Part shown: piece by piece, positions 47,934 to 59,474 of the stretch
Numbering within the stretch: position 1 is the stretch's first letter
How the letters are laid out: each line of letters begins with the position of its first letter
Assembly (NCBI GenBank): GCA_963718225.1
Contig: CAVQYN010000031.1
Span: 50,304 to 114,303 of the forward strand
From: an uncultured Chloroflexia bacterium
GTDB lineage: Bacteria; Chloroflexota; Anaerolineae; UBA4142
Length of the DNA: 64,000 nt
Direction of reading: 5' to 3'
The notes under the pieces: generated by a model
Told to the model about the DNA's origin: nothing
Seen by the model: only the letters and a program-made list of their open reading frames with translations
Database searches by the model: none
Made by a program: the position numbers and the translations under genes

Positions 47934-49853
47934 TCAACTTTCCGCAATCACGATAATCTTGTCGCCCTCGGTGAAGGTGACTAGTTTCGATTTGTCGGGG
48001 TTGACCACAACGCCGTAAGACTTGTCCGCATCGCGCGCCTGGTTTTTGATGCGATAACCCATCGCCACTTCGTCGCGCCGGCGCGCTGCTTCGATGATCG
48101 TGTAAAAATTGACCGGCGTTCCTGGTGTCACGTAATCGCTCGCCGATTTCAGATAAATCTCCGAACCCTCAGGGTCGAACAGGTCGGCAAAGACGGCGTT
48201 CAGATATTTGTTTTCCGCGACTTGCGCCAAAAGCAAACTCACTAGTTGATCGCTGACGATAAAATCATCGGCACGCGTAACTTCAGCGAGTTCGCGATTG
48301 CGCACATCGAGCATTTCGCTGACGATAGCCAGGTCTTTGTGTGCATGCTCGCTCATCTCGCGCAAATGCAACAGCGTGATGAGCGTTTGCGCGTCGGCAT
48401 GTTGGACATCACAACCATCCGAGCAACTCAGAACGATGATGTGATCGAACGAGGCAACGTTCAGCGACTCCAGCAAATCGCGCTCGGTGATGTCGCCTGG
48501 TTGAATTGTAACGGTTTGTTGCTTGAGCGATTGAGTCTGCCCGTCGATGTTTTCAACGTTTGAAACAATAGTGACCTGCGAGCCGGACGCAACGTAGTTA
48601 TCGAGTTCGCGCACAATTGCGGGTCCACGCGCATTCCAACCAAGGATGAGCGTCCGTTCGGGCGCTGGCGCGCCGGATTGTTTGGTGCGAATCGCGCTGG
48701 CGTCAATCGCTGGCGTCACTCCCGACAACTTGATTTTGTCATCGTCTTCGGCGACGACAATGACCTTGTCACCTGCCGCGATCTTGGTATTCATCGGTGG
48801 ATTGATATGCGTGCCGTTCTGATCTTGCACGCCGATGACCGCCGAGTCCTCATACGCAAATAGCGTGTCGCCGAATGTTTTCCCAACAAGGGACGGTTCT
48901 TCCTTGATATAGATTTCGTCGCCGCCAAAATTCAAGAGTTCGGTGTACACCACCGACAAACCGGATTGGCGACACGTCTGGACGGTAATCCGCGAAATCA
49001 GATCGCCGATGAGAACCACTTCGGCTTCGTCGCGCCCCACCATTTTCGCGACGGAAAAATTCTTTTCGTTGCGAATCTCGGCGACAATGTGATACTTGCC
49101 CTCTTTGCGCCGGGGATTGTTGGTCAGCGCCAGCAGCGTTTTGATGACAAATGTATCCGGGTCGTCGACTTCGGGCGACAGCACAATAATGGCACGCGCC
49201 GCATGTGGGTTGACCACTTCGAGGTCGACCAAATCCGCCGGACTGCCTGAACGGCAGACGACGCGCGTCGTTTTGGTGTTTGGCACTTTGCCGCGAATTT
49301 CGTCTTCCATTTCAACCTTGTCTTTATCGGCAAGGATAACGATGCATTGATTCTTGTGATTTGCGTTCGCTTCGACAATCTCCGAAATGATCGTAAAGAT
49401 TTGCGGCGACCAACCTAGGATCAGCGTGTGATTCTGCTCGACGACGAACGAACGCCCTTTGCGCAACTCCTCAAGCTTGGCTTCGATACCGCTCGTCAAC
49501 ACACCGATGAGCGTGCTGATGATAAACACACCGCCAAGCGTGACGACAAACATGCTGAGCAGATAACCCGGTGTACCGGAATCGCCGCCCATGGTGCCGG
49601 CATCCAACGTGCGCATCAGACTGCGCCACGCAATTTCAAAAAAATCGGGCGCGGCTTCTGCGCTGGCGTCCGGCGAATCGGCAGTCGCCGGCGTGGGCGG
49701 GTTCGCGACACCGGAGAGCGTCACAACCACCGCCATCACAAGAATGAATACAAGCGAGATAATGGCGAGCCACGTGATCAGCGCAATGGGTCCTTTGGAC
49801 ATCGTGTTATCGAACCAATAGCGGAGCCGATCCGTTAGCGTAATTTTTTTCAC
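47934..49853 (-). CDS. CASTOR/POLLUX-type ion channel with tandem RCK domains
   Basis: 639 aa with N-terminal TM helices and a pore-like segment, followed by two RCK/TrkA-N-like domains. Confidence 0.7.
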   Translation of the reverse strand: MKKITLTDRLRYWFDNTMSKGPIALITWLAIISLVFILVMAVVVTLSGVANPPTPATADSPDASAEAAPDFFEIAWRSLMRTLDAGTMGGDSGTPGYLLSMFVVTLGGVFIISTLIGVLTSGIEAKLEELRKGRSFVVEQNHTLILGWSPQIFTIISEIVEANANHKNQCIVILADKDKVEMEDEIRGKVPNTKTTRVVCRSGSPADLVDLEVVNPHAARAIIVLSPEVDDPDTFVIKTLLALTNNPRRKEGKYHIVAEIRNEKNFSVAKMVGRDEAEVVLIGDLISRITVQTCRQSGLSVVYTELLNFGGDEIYIKEEPSLVGKTFGDTLFAYEDSAVIGVQDQNGTHINPPMNTKIAAGDKVIVVAEDDDKIKLSGVTPAIDASAIRTKQSGAPAPERTLILGWNARGPAIVRELDNYVASGSQVTIVSNVENIDGQTQSLKQQTVTIQPGDITERDLLESLNVASFDHIIVLSCSDGCDVQHADAQTLITLLHLREMSEHAHKDLAIVSEMLDVRNRELAEVTRADDFIVSDQLVSLLLAQVAENKYLNAVFADLFDPEGSEIYLKSASDYVTPGTPVNFYTIIEAARRRDEVAMGYRIKNQARDADKSYGVVVNPDKSKLVTFTEGDKIIVIAES

Positions 49854-49881
49854 TGTCTTCTCCCGAGTTGAATTCTCGATC

Positions 49882-50808
49882 TCATTCGCTTAATCCGGAC
49901 TTCAACACTTGCCAATACGCCCTGACTCTTTGCGCGCGCAGTTCGCGCTTATGTCCCAACACCCACTTGATTGATTCTTCCGCGAGTTGCAACACAAACG
50001 TCACCAGCAAGAACACGCGCAAAACTCCGGCGACGAAGCGCGCCGTGATACTTGTGAAAGAATCGAATCTTGCTTGTGTTAAAGAAAATATCGCGCCGCG
50101 CACTCGCCTGCTCCGACGACTTGCCTTCATAATGTGTTACTTGCGCGGTCGGCAAGTAGACGATTTGCCAGCCAGCTTTTTTCGCGCGATAACACCAATC
50201 GAGCTCTTCCGAGTACATAAAGAACCCTTCGTCAAATCCGCCGATTTGCTCGTACATCGCGCGCCGCACGAACATGGCCGAGCCGTTGATCCAATCGACC
50301 GGCTGGGTTTCGTCGTCGCGCGTATCAAGCATGTAATAACGCGTCAACACGCGACTGCGCGGAAACCAGCGTTGCAAGATCGTCGATTCGAGAAACGCGG
50401 TGGCAATCGTTGGAAATCGCCGACGCGAGGACTGCGGCAAGCCGTCGCCATAGAATAATTGCGGACCTACGATACCTACTTGTGGATGTGCGTCCATAAA
50501 GTCGCTCAGCGTTTGCAATGCGCCGGGATGCAGTTGCGTGTCTGGGTTGAGCAGAAAAAGATAACGCCCCTGCGCAATCGCAAGGGCTTGATTATTCGCG
50601 CGGGTGAATCCGACATTCGTGGCATTCGCCATCACGCGCACAGAGGGAAATTCGGCGCGCAACATTTCCACCGTGCCGTCGCTGGAAGCATTGTCCACGA
50701 CAATGATTTCAGCTGCGTCGGCGTCGCGTCGACATCGGGCTGAGATCGCAAACATTGGCGCAGCAGGTCGCGCACATTCCAACTAACGATGATGATCGAA
50801 AGGTTCAT
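49882..50808 (-). pseudogene. family 2 glycosyltransferase, 2 frameshifts
   Basis: MNLSIIIVSWNVRDLL / IIVVDNASSDGT...LLNPD...MYSEELDWCYR / VAGVLRVFLLV.... Frame changes near 50750 and 50045. The ATG overlaps the upstream stop (TAATG). Confidence 0.8.
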
Positions 50809-51756
50809 TAACTTGTGCGTTCGACGACTTGATTCGCCAACTCGATCAGCACACGGCGATATTCATTCTCCGGGAAAATCGCCAGCGCGTCCTGTGCTTT
50901 TTGCACGAACTTTCGCGCCTCCGCCTTCGAGTGTTCAATCGCTTTGGATTGGCGAATCAAATCGATCAAGCCATCGATGTTCGTCTGCATCATTTCGGCA
51001 GCATGCGCGCCTTGTCCATTTTGCTCGATGTAATAGAACAACGGCAATGTGAACGTGCCTTGACGCAAATCACTACCGACCGGCTTGCCGAGTTGGTTTT
51101 GGTCAGCCGTAAAATCAAGTATATCATCGGCGATTTGAAATGCCATCCCCAGGTTATGCCCGTACAAGTGCATCGCCTCAATTTCGGGTTCCGCAGCGCC
51201 GCTAATAATCGCGCCGCCTTCTGTTGCCGCGGCAAACAGCGATGCGGTCTTGGATTGAATGTGGCGATAGTACTCAACGCGATTGGGGGGCCAATTTGAG
51301 CCGGCAAAATCTTGGCGAATCTCACCGTCGCAAATAACCATCAGCGTCCGCGCGAAAATGCGCATCACGCGCAAATCATCAATGCTCGCCGCAATGTCCG
51401 CGGCGCGCGCAAGCAAAAAGTCGCCGGCGAGAACCGTCGCCGTGCCGCTCCACCGCGAATTGATTGTCGGACTGCCGCGCCGCACCGGCGATTTATCGAT
51501 CAAGTCGTCGTGAATGAGCGTCGCGGCGTGCGTCAGTTCTGTGGCAACCGCGAGCGTAATCACCTTGTCCGGGTCGGCGGGGTGAAACTTGCTCGCAAGA
51601 ATCGCAAGCGCCGGGCCGAAAGCGTTTGCCGCCACTACCGATCAACGCCTCGAACACATCGAGCAACGGCGCAAAGTCTACCTTGACCGCCTCGCGCAGC
51701 CGGACCTCAACCAGCTCGAGTTCATTTTGAATAGGAGCAAAAATCGAATTACCCAA
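50808..51756 (-). pseudogene. polyprenyl diphosphate synthase (trans-IPPS, HepT/IspB-like), 1 frameshift
   Basis: FARM LIHDDLID and SARM FQIADDILD. Frame change at a GGG run near 51614. Confidence 0.85.
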
Positions 51757-51764
51757 AAGTTCAC

Positions 51765-52535
51765 CTATATTCCAAACAGCTTTTGACTGTTGTGGGTCGT
51801 TATTTTTCCTGCCGCCATCGTGTCAATGTTTTTCAGTTCTGCGATTTTTTCCGCGACGAGCGCGACATTCGCCGGTTCATTGCGGTTACCGCGCACCGGC
51901 GAAAGATATGGCGCGTCCGTCTCGACGATTATTTTTTCGAGCGGCAATACTTTCGCGATTTCTTGCAAGTCGTGTCGCGTTCTTGAACGTCACATTCCCG
52001 GCAAACGAAATCAGATAACCCAGATCGATTGCTTCGCGCGCCATCGCGAGATTGCCGGAAAAACAATGCAAGACGCCGCGCATTGTGGGCGTTCGGTTGA
52101 CGCCTGTCGCCGCAAAATTTCCATCAGCGCGTCATCCGCGTTGCGATTGTGAATGACGACCGGCTTGCTCAAATCAGCGGCGAGATCAAGATGCGCAGCG
52201 AAATTTTTTATTTGCATCTCGCGCGGTGGATTTTGCGCCCAGTAGAAATCGAGTCCGATTTCGCCGATGCCAACGATTTTACGGTGCGTCGCTAGTTCGC
52301 GGATTGTCTTTAGATTCTCGTCGTTGCATGTGTCCGCGTGTTGCGGATGAATGCCAACAACCGCGTACACAATTCTGTATTTCTCAGCGAGCGCGACAAC
52401 CCGGCGGCTGGATTCCACATCGACGCCGGCGGTAATCAGCGTTTGAACACCGGCTTGCTCCGCGCGCGCGATCACATCGGCGAGATCGTGGGCAAACTGT
52501 TCGTCGTCTAAATGGCAGTGCGCGTCAATCAACAT
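51765..52535 (-). pseudogene. tatD: TatD family hydrolase, 2 frameshifts
   Basis: MLIDAHCHLD..., GEIGLDFYW, VIHNR, GVLHCFSG, ETDAPYL. Frame changes near 52078 and 51965. Confidence 0.85.
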
Positions 52536-52541
52536 CGTTAC

Positions 52542-52601
52542 GACGCAAGACCGAAGACGGAGGGTGGGTTTTTCTCGGTCTTCCGTCCACCGTCTTCTGT
52601 C
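52542..52601. repeat. heptad-periodic hairpin element (GACGGAR family) in the gene spacer
   Basis: GACGCAA GACCGAA GACGGAG GGTGGG ... CTCGGTC TTCCGTC CACCGTC TTCTGTC. Shares GACGGAAGACCGA with the pheT element. Confidence 0.7.
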
Positions 52602-52607
52602 AGTCTT

Positions 52608-54030
52608 TTATTTCAGCCCCGCCAATTTCAACCCGGCATCCAAAATATCGTGCCGCTTGTTTTCTTTCGTCGTCTCGACGTAGAACCGCATAATCGGTTC
52701 CGTGCCGGAAAAACGAATGCAGAGCCAGCCGCCATCATCGAGCAAATATTTGAACCCATCCATCGTGTTGATGCCGGTTACTTTGAAACCGGCAACCTCG
52801 CTTGGCTTTGCCGATTGCAAACGCGAAACGATCGCACCGCGCTGTTCTTCCGGGAAATCGGTGTCGATGCGCTCGTAATAATGCGGACCGACCAACTCGA
52901 AAAGATGATCGAGCAGTTGCGACGGCGTTTTGCCGGTCTGCACAACAGCATCCATCAAGAACAATCCGGCGACAATGCCGTCGCGTTCAGGAATGTGACC
53001 GCGAAACGCGTACCCGCCGGACTCTTCGCCGCCGATGAGCGCGTTCGTTTCCAAAATTTTCGGCGCGACGTACTTGAACCCGACGCCGGTTTCGTACACC
53101 GGCACGTTGAACAACTTGCCCAATTTGTCCAGCATCGACGTTGTATTCAGCGTCTTGACGATGCCACCGCGAAAGCCGCGCACTTCGAGCAAGTACAACG
53201 CGAGCAACGCGTACATTTGCAATTGATTGATGAACACGCCTTTTTCCGTCGAGCCGCCGATGCGGTCGGCGTCGCCATCGGTCGCAATTCCCAGGTGCGC
53301 TTTTTCGCGTTTGACGAGTTCCATCAAGCCGTTGACGTTCGGCGGAATCGGTTCCGGGTTGTTCATTTCCGGAAACGCTGGGTTGCGATGATCGTGAATC
53401 TCGACAACGCGCGTCGTGCCGCCGGCAAGCAAACCTTTGAACCAGCCCATCCCGGCGCCCCACATCGAATCGACCGCGACCGTCAACCCGGCTTTGCGCA
53501 GCGGATCGATGTTCACCAGTTTATCGAGTTGTCGGAGGAATGCCGGCTTGGGATCGAAAATTTCGACGAGACCTTTTGCCTGCTGCATCTTTGAATGAAA
53601 TGCGCTTGATATTTTCAGGCGGCGGAATCAGCGCTTCGATCTGCTTCAACCCGTCGGGCGCAATCGCGCCCGCGTAATCGGCGCGCACCTTAAAGCCGCC
53701 CCAGATCGGCGGATTGTGGCTCGACGTGAGATTTACCGCGCCGTGCGCTTTTTTGTCGAGGATCGCAAACGAAATCACCGGCGTCGGCGTGGGGCGATCC
53801 ACCAAAAAAACTTTGATGTTGTGCGCCGCCATGACTTCCACAACCGCTTGCGCGAAATGCTCTGCCGAAAAGCGCGTGTCGTAACCGACGACCAAACCGC
53901 GCGTCGTTTGATTCGTCACGATCAAATATTGCGCCATGCCTTGTGCGCACCGCCGCACATTTTCAAACGTGTAATCTTCGGCGATGACGCCGCGCCAACC
54001 ATCTGTACCGAATTTGATTTGAGTAGGCAT
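52608..54030 (-). pseudogene. phosphoglucomutase/phosphomannomutase family protein, 1 frameshift
   Basis: FGTDGWRG, active-site TSSHNP, DGDADR. Frame change near 53590. Confidence 0.85.
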
Positions 54031-54034
54031 CTAA

Positions 54035-54113
54035 ACTCCAAAACTGCCAAATCCGCCAAACGAGCCAAATATGCCAAAATGATTTGTTGAATTTGGCTAA
54101 TTTCGATGATCTG
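54035..54113. repeat. low-complexity inverted repeat (GCCAAA x4 / TTTGGC) in the gene spacer
   Basis: TGCCAAAT CCGCCAAAC GAGCCAAAT ATGCCAAAAT GATTTG TTGAATTTGGC. Confidence 0.45.
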
Positions 54114-54135
54114 CTGAACTTTGCACAGCCATTGC

Positions 54136-55500
54136 ACATTTGATTTACGTTATGGTTTCTTGAATTACTGCCGCAATCGCATTCGCTTCGCGCTCGATCA
54201 CCACAGCGTCCTGGTCCTTCGATCATCACGCGCGCAAGATTTTCCGTGCCAGAATAGCGAAGCAAGATACGCGCGCTGTCGCCCAGCATCGCCGCGCGAT
54301 TTTTCGATTTGCTCTTGGATCGATGGAAATTGTTCGAACGGCGGTTTGCGCGGCACGCGCACGTTGACCAACACTTGCGGATAACGCGTCATACACGAGG
54401 CAAGTTCGCGAAGCGATTTGCCGCTTCGCACAATCACATCCGCGACGCGAATCGCGGTGTACATTCCATCGCCGGTCGTGTGCCCGCCATCGAAAAAAAG
54501 AATATGCCCCGATTGTTCGCCGCCGATCACGGCGTCCATTGCGCGCATGCGCTCGCGTCACCCAACGATCACCAACAGCCGTGCGTTCCATTTTCACATC
54601 AATCGCGTTCAGCGATTTTTCCAAACCGATGTTCGCCATCACGGTCGAGACGACGGCATGATTGTTTAACTTGCCGCGCGTTTTCAAATCCCGCGCGAGA
54701 ATCGCCAGCACAAAATCGCCATCGACATAATTACCACGCTCATCTACAAACACCGCGCGGTCGCCATCGCCATCGAACTGCACGCCGAAATCGGCGCGCT
54801 CGCGCAAAACAGTATCGCGTACAAGTTTTGGCTCCAGCGAATCGTAGCCGTGATTGATGTTGACGCCGTCAGGCTGGACATTCAGCTTGACGATGTCCGC
54901 GCCAAGTTCGCGGAAAACTTTTTGCGCGAGTTCAAACGTCGCGCCGTTATTGCAATCAATGACGATACGCTTGCCGCGCAAGATGGGTTGGCGCTGAACG
55001 GCATCCAAAAGAAAATCAGGTAATTGGTAATGGGTGATTGGTCGTCGCGCCGTTGTCCAATCGAACCAATCGCGTTGTGCGATTCATCGTCGCGTCGCGC
55101 ATACGCGATTTTTTCGATTCCGTTTTCGGCTTCGTCCGGAATTTTGAATCCGTCGCCGCCGAAAACTTTGATGCCGTTGTAGTCGAACGGATTGTGCGAC
55201 GCCGAAATCGAAATGCCGCACCGCGCGCCGAGCGTGCGCGTGAGATACGCAACGCCGGGCGTCGTGATGATGCCGACGTGAAGCGTATCGAATCCTTGCG
55301 CCATCAAGCCGGCGGCGAGCGCGTTCTCGATCATCGCGCCGCTGAGTCGCGTGTCGCGTCCGATCAACGCCAGCGGATGTTTGCCGTCGCGTCCCAGCAC
55401 CTGCGCCAATCGCACTGCCGATGTGAACGACAAATTCAGGCGTTAAAGGAAATTGATTCGCAATCCCGCGAATCCCGTCGGTGCCGAAAAGTTTTTCCAT
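54136..55500 (-). pseudogene. glmM: phosphoglucosamine mutase, at least 5 frameshifts
   Basis: Collinear fragments carry [40 protein letters not shown] and RYSGTENLARVMIEG. The stop is TAA at 54136. The ATG overlaps the gmd stop (TAATG). Confidence 0.9.
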
Positions 55501-56478
55501 TACGCAAGATGATGTTGCTTTTTCAGCGCCGCCAAATCCGCCGCGACCATTTTTTGAATCATCTCTTCAAACGTGACCGTTGGCTCCCAGCCCAGTTTCT
55601 GTTTCGCCTTACTTGGATCGCCGATCAACAAATCGACATCGGCGGGGCGCAAGTATGCGTCATCGACGTAGACATAGCGTTGCCAATCCAAATCAACACA
55701 AGCAAACGCGACTTCACACAAGCGCTTGATCGAGTGCGTGCGCCCGGTCGCGATGACGTAATCTTCAGGATGGTCTTGTTGCAGCATCAAATTCATCATG
55801 CGCACGTAATCCGGCGCCCAGCCCCAATCGCGTTGTGAATCGAGATTGCCCATGGGCAATTTCTCTGCAAGACCCAATGCGATCTTCGCGGCGTTGTACG
55901 TCACTTTGTGCGTCACAAATTCCAAACCGCGCCGCGGCGATTCGTGATTGAACAAAATGCCGGAGACCGCAAACAAATCGTACGACTCGCGATAATTCAC
56001 GGTGATCCAATGCCCATACACTTTGGCGACACCGTACGGACTGCGTGGATGAAACGGCGTCGTCTCGCGTTGCGGAATCTCAACGACTTTGCCAAACATC
56101 TCGCTCGACGACGCCTGATAAAACCGGATTTCCGGATTCACGATGCGCATGGCTTCCAACATTCGCGTCACGCCGAGTGCGGTAAATTCGCCCGTCAGCA
56201 TGGGTTGTTTGAACGATGTGGGGATGAACGATTGCGCGGCGAGGTTGTAGACTTCGTTTGGTTGATGTTCGCGCAAAATATCGATGAGCGAAACTTGGAT
56301 CGAGCAGATCGCCTTGCACGATTTTGATCTTGTCTTGAATGTCGATGATGCGCTCGAAATTGATCGTCGAGGTGCGGCGCACCATGCCGACCACTTCGTA
56401 TCCTTGCTCCAAAAGATATTCGGCAAGATAACTGCCGTCTTGTCCGGTGATGCCAGTGATTAACGCTTTGCGTTTCAT
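55500..56478 (-). pseudogene. gmd: GDP-mannose 4,6-dehydratase, 1 frameshift
   Basis: [40 protein letters not shown]. Extra base at a GG near 56297. Confidence 0.9.
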
Positions 56479-57427
56479 GATTTTACTTTGGTTCTCCAAT
56501 AATCGAGAATATCGCGCAACGATTGTTCCAGCGGAATCGTCGTGTGCCAGCCGGTCTGCTTGCGAAACTTGGACGCGTCGCAGTACATCACCGGCGTGTC
56601 CGATGGGCGAAAGCGCCCGGGTCTTGCTCGACGCGGATCGGCACGCGGCTTTGTTTGAGCATCATGTCGAGCACTGACTCGATCGACACCGCGCGTTCAC
56701 TGCCAATGTTGTACACTTCGCCCGGCATACATTTTTCCAACGCGAGATAATATGCGCGCACCATGTCGCGCACGTCGGTGAAATCGCGGCGGGCGGTCAA
56801 ATTGCCCACGTACAAAATCGGCGCATGTTTACCGACTTCACTTTCCGCAATTTGTTTTGCAAAATTAGATGTGACGAATTGTTCGTTCTGGCGAGGACCG
56901 ATGTGATTTGATGGACGCACGCGGACAATCTGCAAGTTGTTGCTCAAAAAATATTGCAAGCCGAGAAAATCTTGAGCGATTTTACTCACGCCGTACGGAC
57001 TGTCCGGTTGAAATGCCGTCGTCTCTGTGACCGGCACCTGAGCCGGCTCGACACGACCAAATTCGTCAATCGAACCGATGACCAGCACGCGCGCGGTCGA
57101 TTGCATTTTTGCCAACGCGCTTAGCACATTGACCTGCGCGCGTAAATTGATTTCGATTGTGCCCCACGGGTCCTGCCACGAAATCGGCGCGAACGCCTGC
57201 CCGGCCAGATGATAGACGCGCGCCGGTTGCGCTTGCGCCATCACGGCAGTGGCAATTTCCGGGTTGGTCAAATCGGCATCGATAAAAGTCGTTCGTCCGG
57301 CAAGGTGCGCCAAATTCTCCACGCTTCCCACGCCCGCGCCAAAAATTTCAACATCGGGCAGAGTCGAGAGATAATCGGCAAGATGACTGCCGGCAAAACC
57401 GTTCATGCCGGTGATAAGTACGCGCAA
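56475..57427 (-). pseudogene. NAD-dependent epimerase/dehydratase, GDP-4-keto-6-deoxy-D-mannose reductase (Rmd)-like, 1 frameshift
   Basis: Start TTG 57427 after GAGGAG (LRVLITGMNGFAGSHL), then YGVSK. A base is missing near 56615. The restored C-terminus ends with TGA overlapping the gmd ATG. Confidence 0.7.
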
Positions 57428-57454
57428 CAGTTTACTCCTCGTCAAGGCGGGCGC

Positions 57455-57483
57455 ATTATAATACAAGTTGGCGGGTTACGCAA
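57455..57483 (-). promoter_or_regulatory. sigma70-type promoter for the rmd-like/gmd/glmM operon
   Basis: TTGCGT, 17-nt spacer, TATAAT on the minus strand. Confidence 0.5.
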
Positions 57484-57496
57484 AACATTTGCAAGT

Positions 57497-57525
57497 TTGC
57501 CAAAACCAAGCGTTGGAATTACAAT
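57497..57525 (+). promoter_or_regulatory. sigma70-type promoter for the Nudix gene
   Basis: TTGCCA, 17-nt spacer, TACAAT. Confidence 0.5.
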
Positions 57526-57543
57526 GCCGCGCACAAGGAAACG

Positions 57544-58056
57544 ATGCAAAAGTTCTGCTCCCAATGCGGTCACGCGCTGGAAATGCGCGCCGCCGAAGAT
57601 CATCATCAGCGCCCGGTTTGCCCGGCGTGCGGATTCATCGTCTATCTTAATCCGCCGATTGCCGCCGGCGTGATTGCCGCGCGCGCAGACGGGCATGTCG
57701 CGCTGGTCTTGCGCGGTGAAAATCCGGGCAAGGGTTTGTGGGGCTTGCCCGCCGGTTTTATGGAGATTGACGAAACGGTGGAGCAAGCAGCGCGGCGTGA
57801 ATGTTTGGAGGAAACCGGCCTCGTCGTCGAGTTGGACAAGTTGTGGGGCGTGTGGTCGTTTCATCATCAACACAAACAGTCGTCCGGCGTGTTGGTGCTG
57901 TATGCCGCGCGCGTTGTCGGCGGGCAAGCGCAAGCCGGGAGTGATTCGATCGATGTGCGTTTTTTCGCGCCGAACAAGATTCCGGACGAATTGCTCGCGT
58001 TTGAAACGCATCGCGAAGCGTTGGCCAAATGGCGCGACAGCCGGCGCGCGGCGTAA
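57544..58056 (+). CDS. Nudix hydrolase with N-terminal zinc ribbon
   Basis: CSQCG...CPACG, then the Nudix box [30 protein letters not shown]. Confidence 0.85.
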   Translation: MQKFCSQCGHALEMRAAEDHHQRPVCPACGFIVYLNPPIAAGVIAARADGHVALVLRGENPGKGLWGLPAGFMEIDETVEQAARRECLEETGLVVELDKLWGVWSFHHQHKQSSGVLVLYAARVVGGQAQAGSDSIDVRFFAPNKIPDELLAFETHREALAKWRDSRRAA

Positions 58057-58064
58057 GGAATTTT

Positions 58065-58805
58065 ATGCAATTCGATATTTTTACGCTCTTTCCCGAAATG
58101 TTCGCCGGTGTTTTCGACGAAAGCATCTTAAAGCGCGCGCGTGACGCCAAGTTAATCGACATTCACTTGCACGATATTCGCACGCATACAACCGACAAGC
58201 ATCATATCACCGACGATTACGCCTACGCGGGCGGCGGCGGGATGGTGATGAAACCGGAGCCGATTTTCGCGGCGGTCGAAGCGGCACTTGGCGCACCGCC
58301 GCAAGTCCCGGTGATTTTGCTTTCGCCGCAGGGTCGCGTGTTTAATCAACCCATTGCGGCGGAACTGGCGCAACATCAGCACATTGCGCTGATTTGCGGA
58401 CATTACGAAGGCGTCGACGAGCGCGTGCGCGAGCATTTGGCAACCGACGAGATTTCCACCGGCGATTACGTGCTGACCGGCGGCGAAATCCCGGCGATGA
58501 TTATTGTAGACGCCGTTGCGCGTTTGATTCCCGGCGTGCTGGGACATCCTACCGCTGCCAGCAACGATTCCCACGCGTCGGGCATTCTGGAAGGTCCACA
58601 CTATACACGCCCCGCCGATTTTCGTGGTTGGAAAGCACCTGATATTTTGCTCTCCGGCAATCATGGGCAAATCGCCGCGTGGCGGCGGCGCGAGTCGTTG
58701 CGGCGAACACTTGAACGTCGCCCCGATTTGCTCGCCACTGCCGACTTGTCGGGCGAAGACCGCGCCTTCCTCGCCTCGCTGGGGTATTTTGACAAAAAGG
58801 ACTGA
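58065..58805 (+). CDS. trmD: tRNA (guanine37-N1)-methyltransferase
   Basis: [13 protein letters not shown]..., [30 protein letters not shown]. Confidence 0.95.
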   Translation: MQFDIFTLFPEMFAGVFDESILKRARDAKLIDIHLHDIRTHTTDKHHITDDYAYAGGGGMVMKPEPIFAAVEAALGAPPQVPVILLSPQGRVFNQPIAAELAQHQHIALICGHYEGVDERVREHLATDEISTGDYVLTGGEIPAMIIVDAVARLIPGVLGHPTAASNDSHASGILEGPHYTRPADFRGWKAPDILLSGNHGQIAAWRRRESLRRTLERRPDLLATADLSGEDRAFLASLGYFDKKD

Positions 58806-58846
58806 ACCAAGTATAATCACTCGCCGTTGATTGAGGAGAAGAAATT

Positions 58847-59158
58847 ATGTATGCAATTTTGAAAACCGGTAGCAAACAATATCGCGTGGCCGTAGGCGAC
58901 AAGATCGACGTCGAGAAATTGCCGAACGCGGTGGGCGACCAAGTAGCGTTGAGCGACGTGTTGATGATCGAAAACGATGGCGCAGTGACGGTCGGCAAGC
59001 CGACGGTCAAAGGCGCGCAAGTCGTTGCCAAAGTGATCGAAAACGGCAAAGGTGAAAAGGTCACCCATTTCGATTATCGTAACAAACATCGCCGACGCAA
59101 GACGCACGGTCATCGCCAAGAATTCACGCGCTTGGAAATCGCGGAAATCAAGCTTTAG
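58847..59158 (+). CDS. rplU: 50S ribosomal protein L21
   Basis: MYAILKTGSKQYRV...GEKV..F.Y..K...RRK.GHRQ. Confidence 0.95.
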   Translation: MYAILKTGSKQYRVAVGDKIDVEKLPNAVGDQVALSDVLMIENDGAVTVGKPTVKGAQVVAKVIENGKGEKVTHFDYRNKHRRRKTHGHRQEFTRLEIAEIKL

Positions 59159-59167
59159 GAGTTCGAT

Positions 59168-59440
59168 ATGGCACACAAAAAAGGTGGCGGCTCGTCCCGC
59201 AATGGTCGCGACAGTAATGCGCAACGACTCGGCGTCAAACGCTTTGACGGCGAACGCGTTCACGCCGGCACGATTATTCTGCGCCAGCGCGGCACGCGCG
59301 TCCGCCCCGGCTTGAATGTCGGCTTGGCGAAAGACGATACCCTGTTTGCGCTCGTCGATGGCAAAGTCAAGTTCGAGCCGTTCAGCAAAGATCAAAAACG
59401 CGTCAGCGTGTATCCAATCCAAGAAGGCGGCGCGGCGTAA
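59168..59440 (+). CDS. rpmA: 50S ribosomal protein L27
   Basis: [29 protein letters not shown]. Confidence 0.95.
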   Translation: MAHKKGGGSSRNGRDSNAQRLGVKRFDGERVHAGTIILRQRGTRVRPGLNVGLAKDDTLFALVDGKVKFEPFSKDQKRVSVYPIQEGGAA

Positions 59441-59474
59441 CGCGTCGTCTAGTTTTTTGAAAGGTTATCAAATA

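Noticed and set aside
55020-55075. ATTGG/CCAAT-rich palindrome inside glmM that looked like another in-gene hairpin insertion
   Set aside because: The peptide it encodes ([19 protein letters not shown]) fills a segment of normal length relative to E. coli and B. subtilis GlmM. There is no evidence of an insertion.
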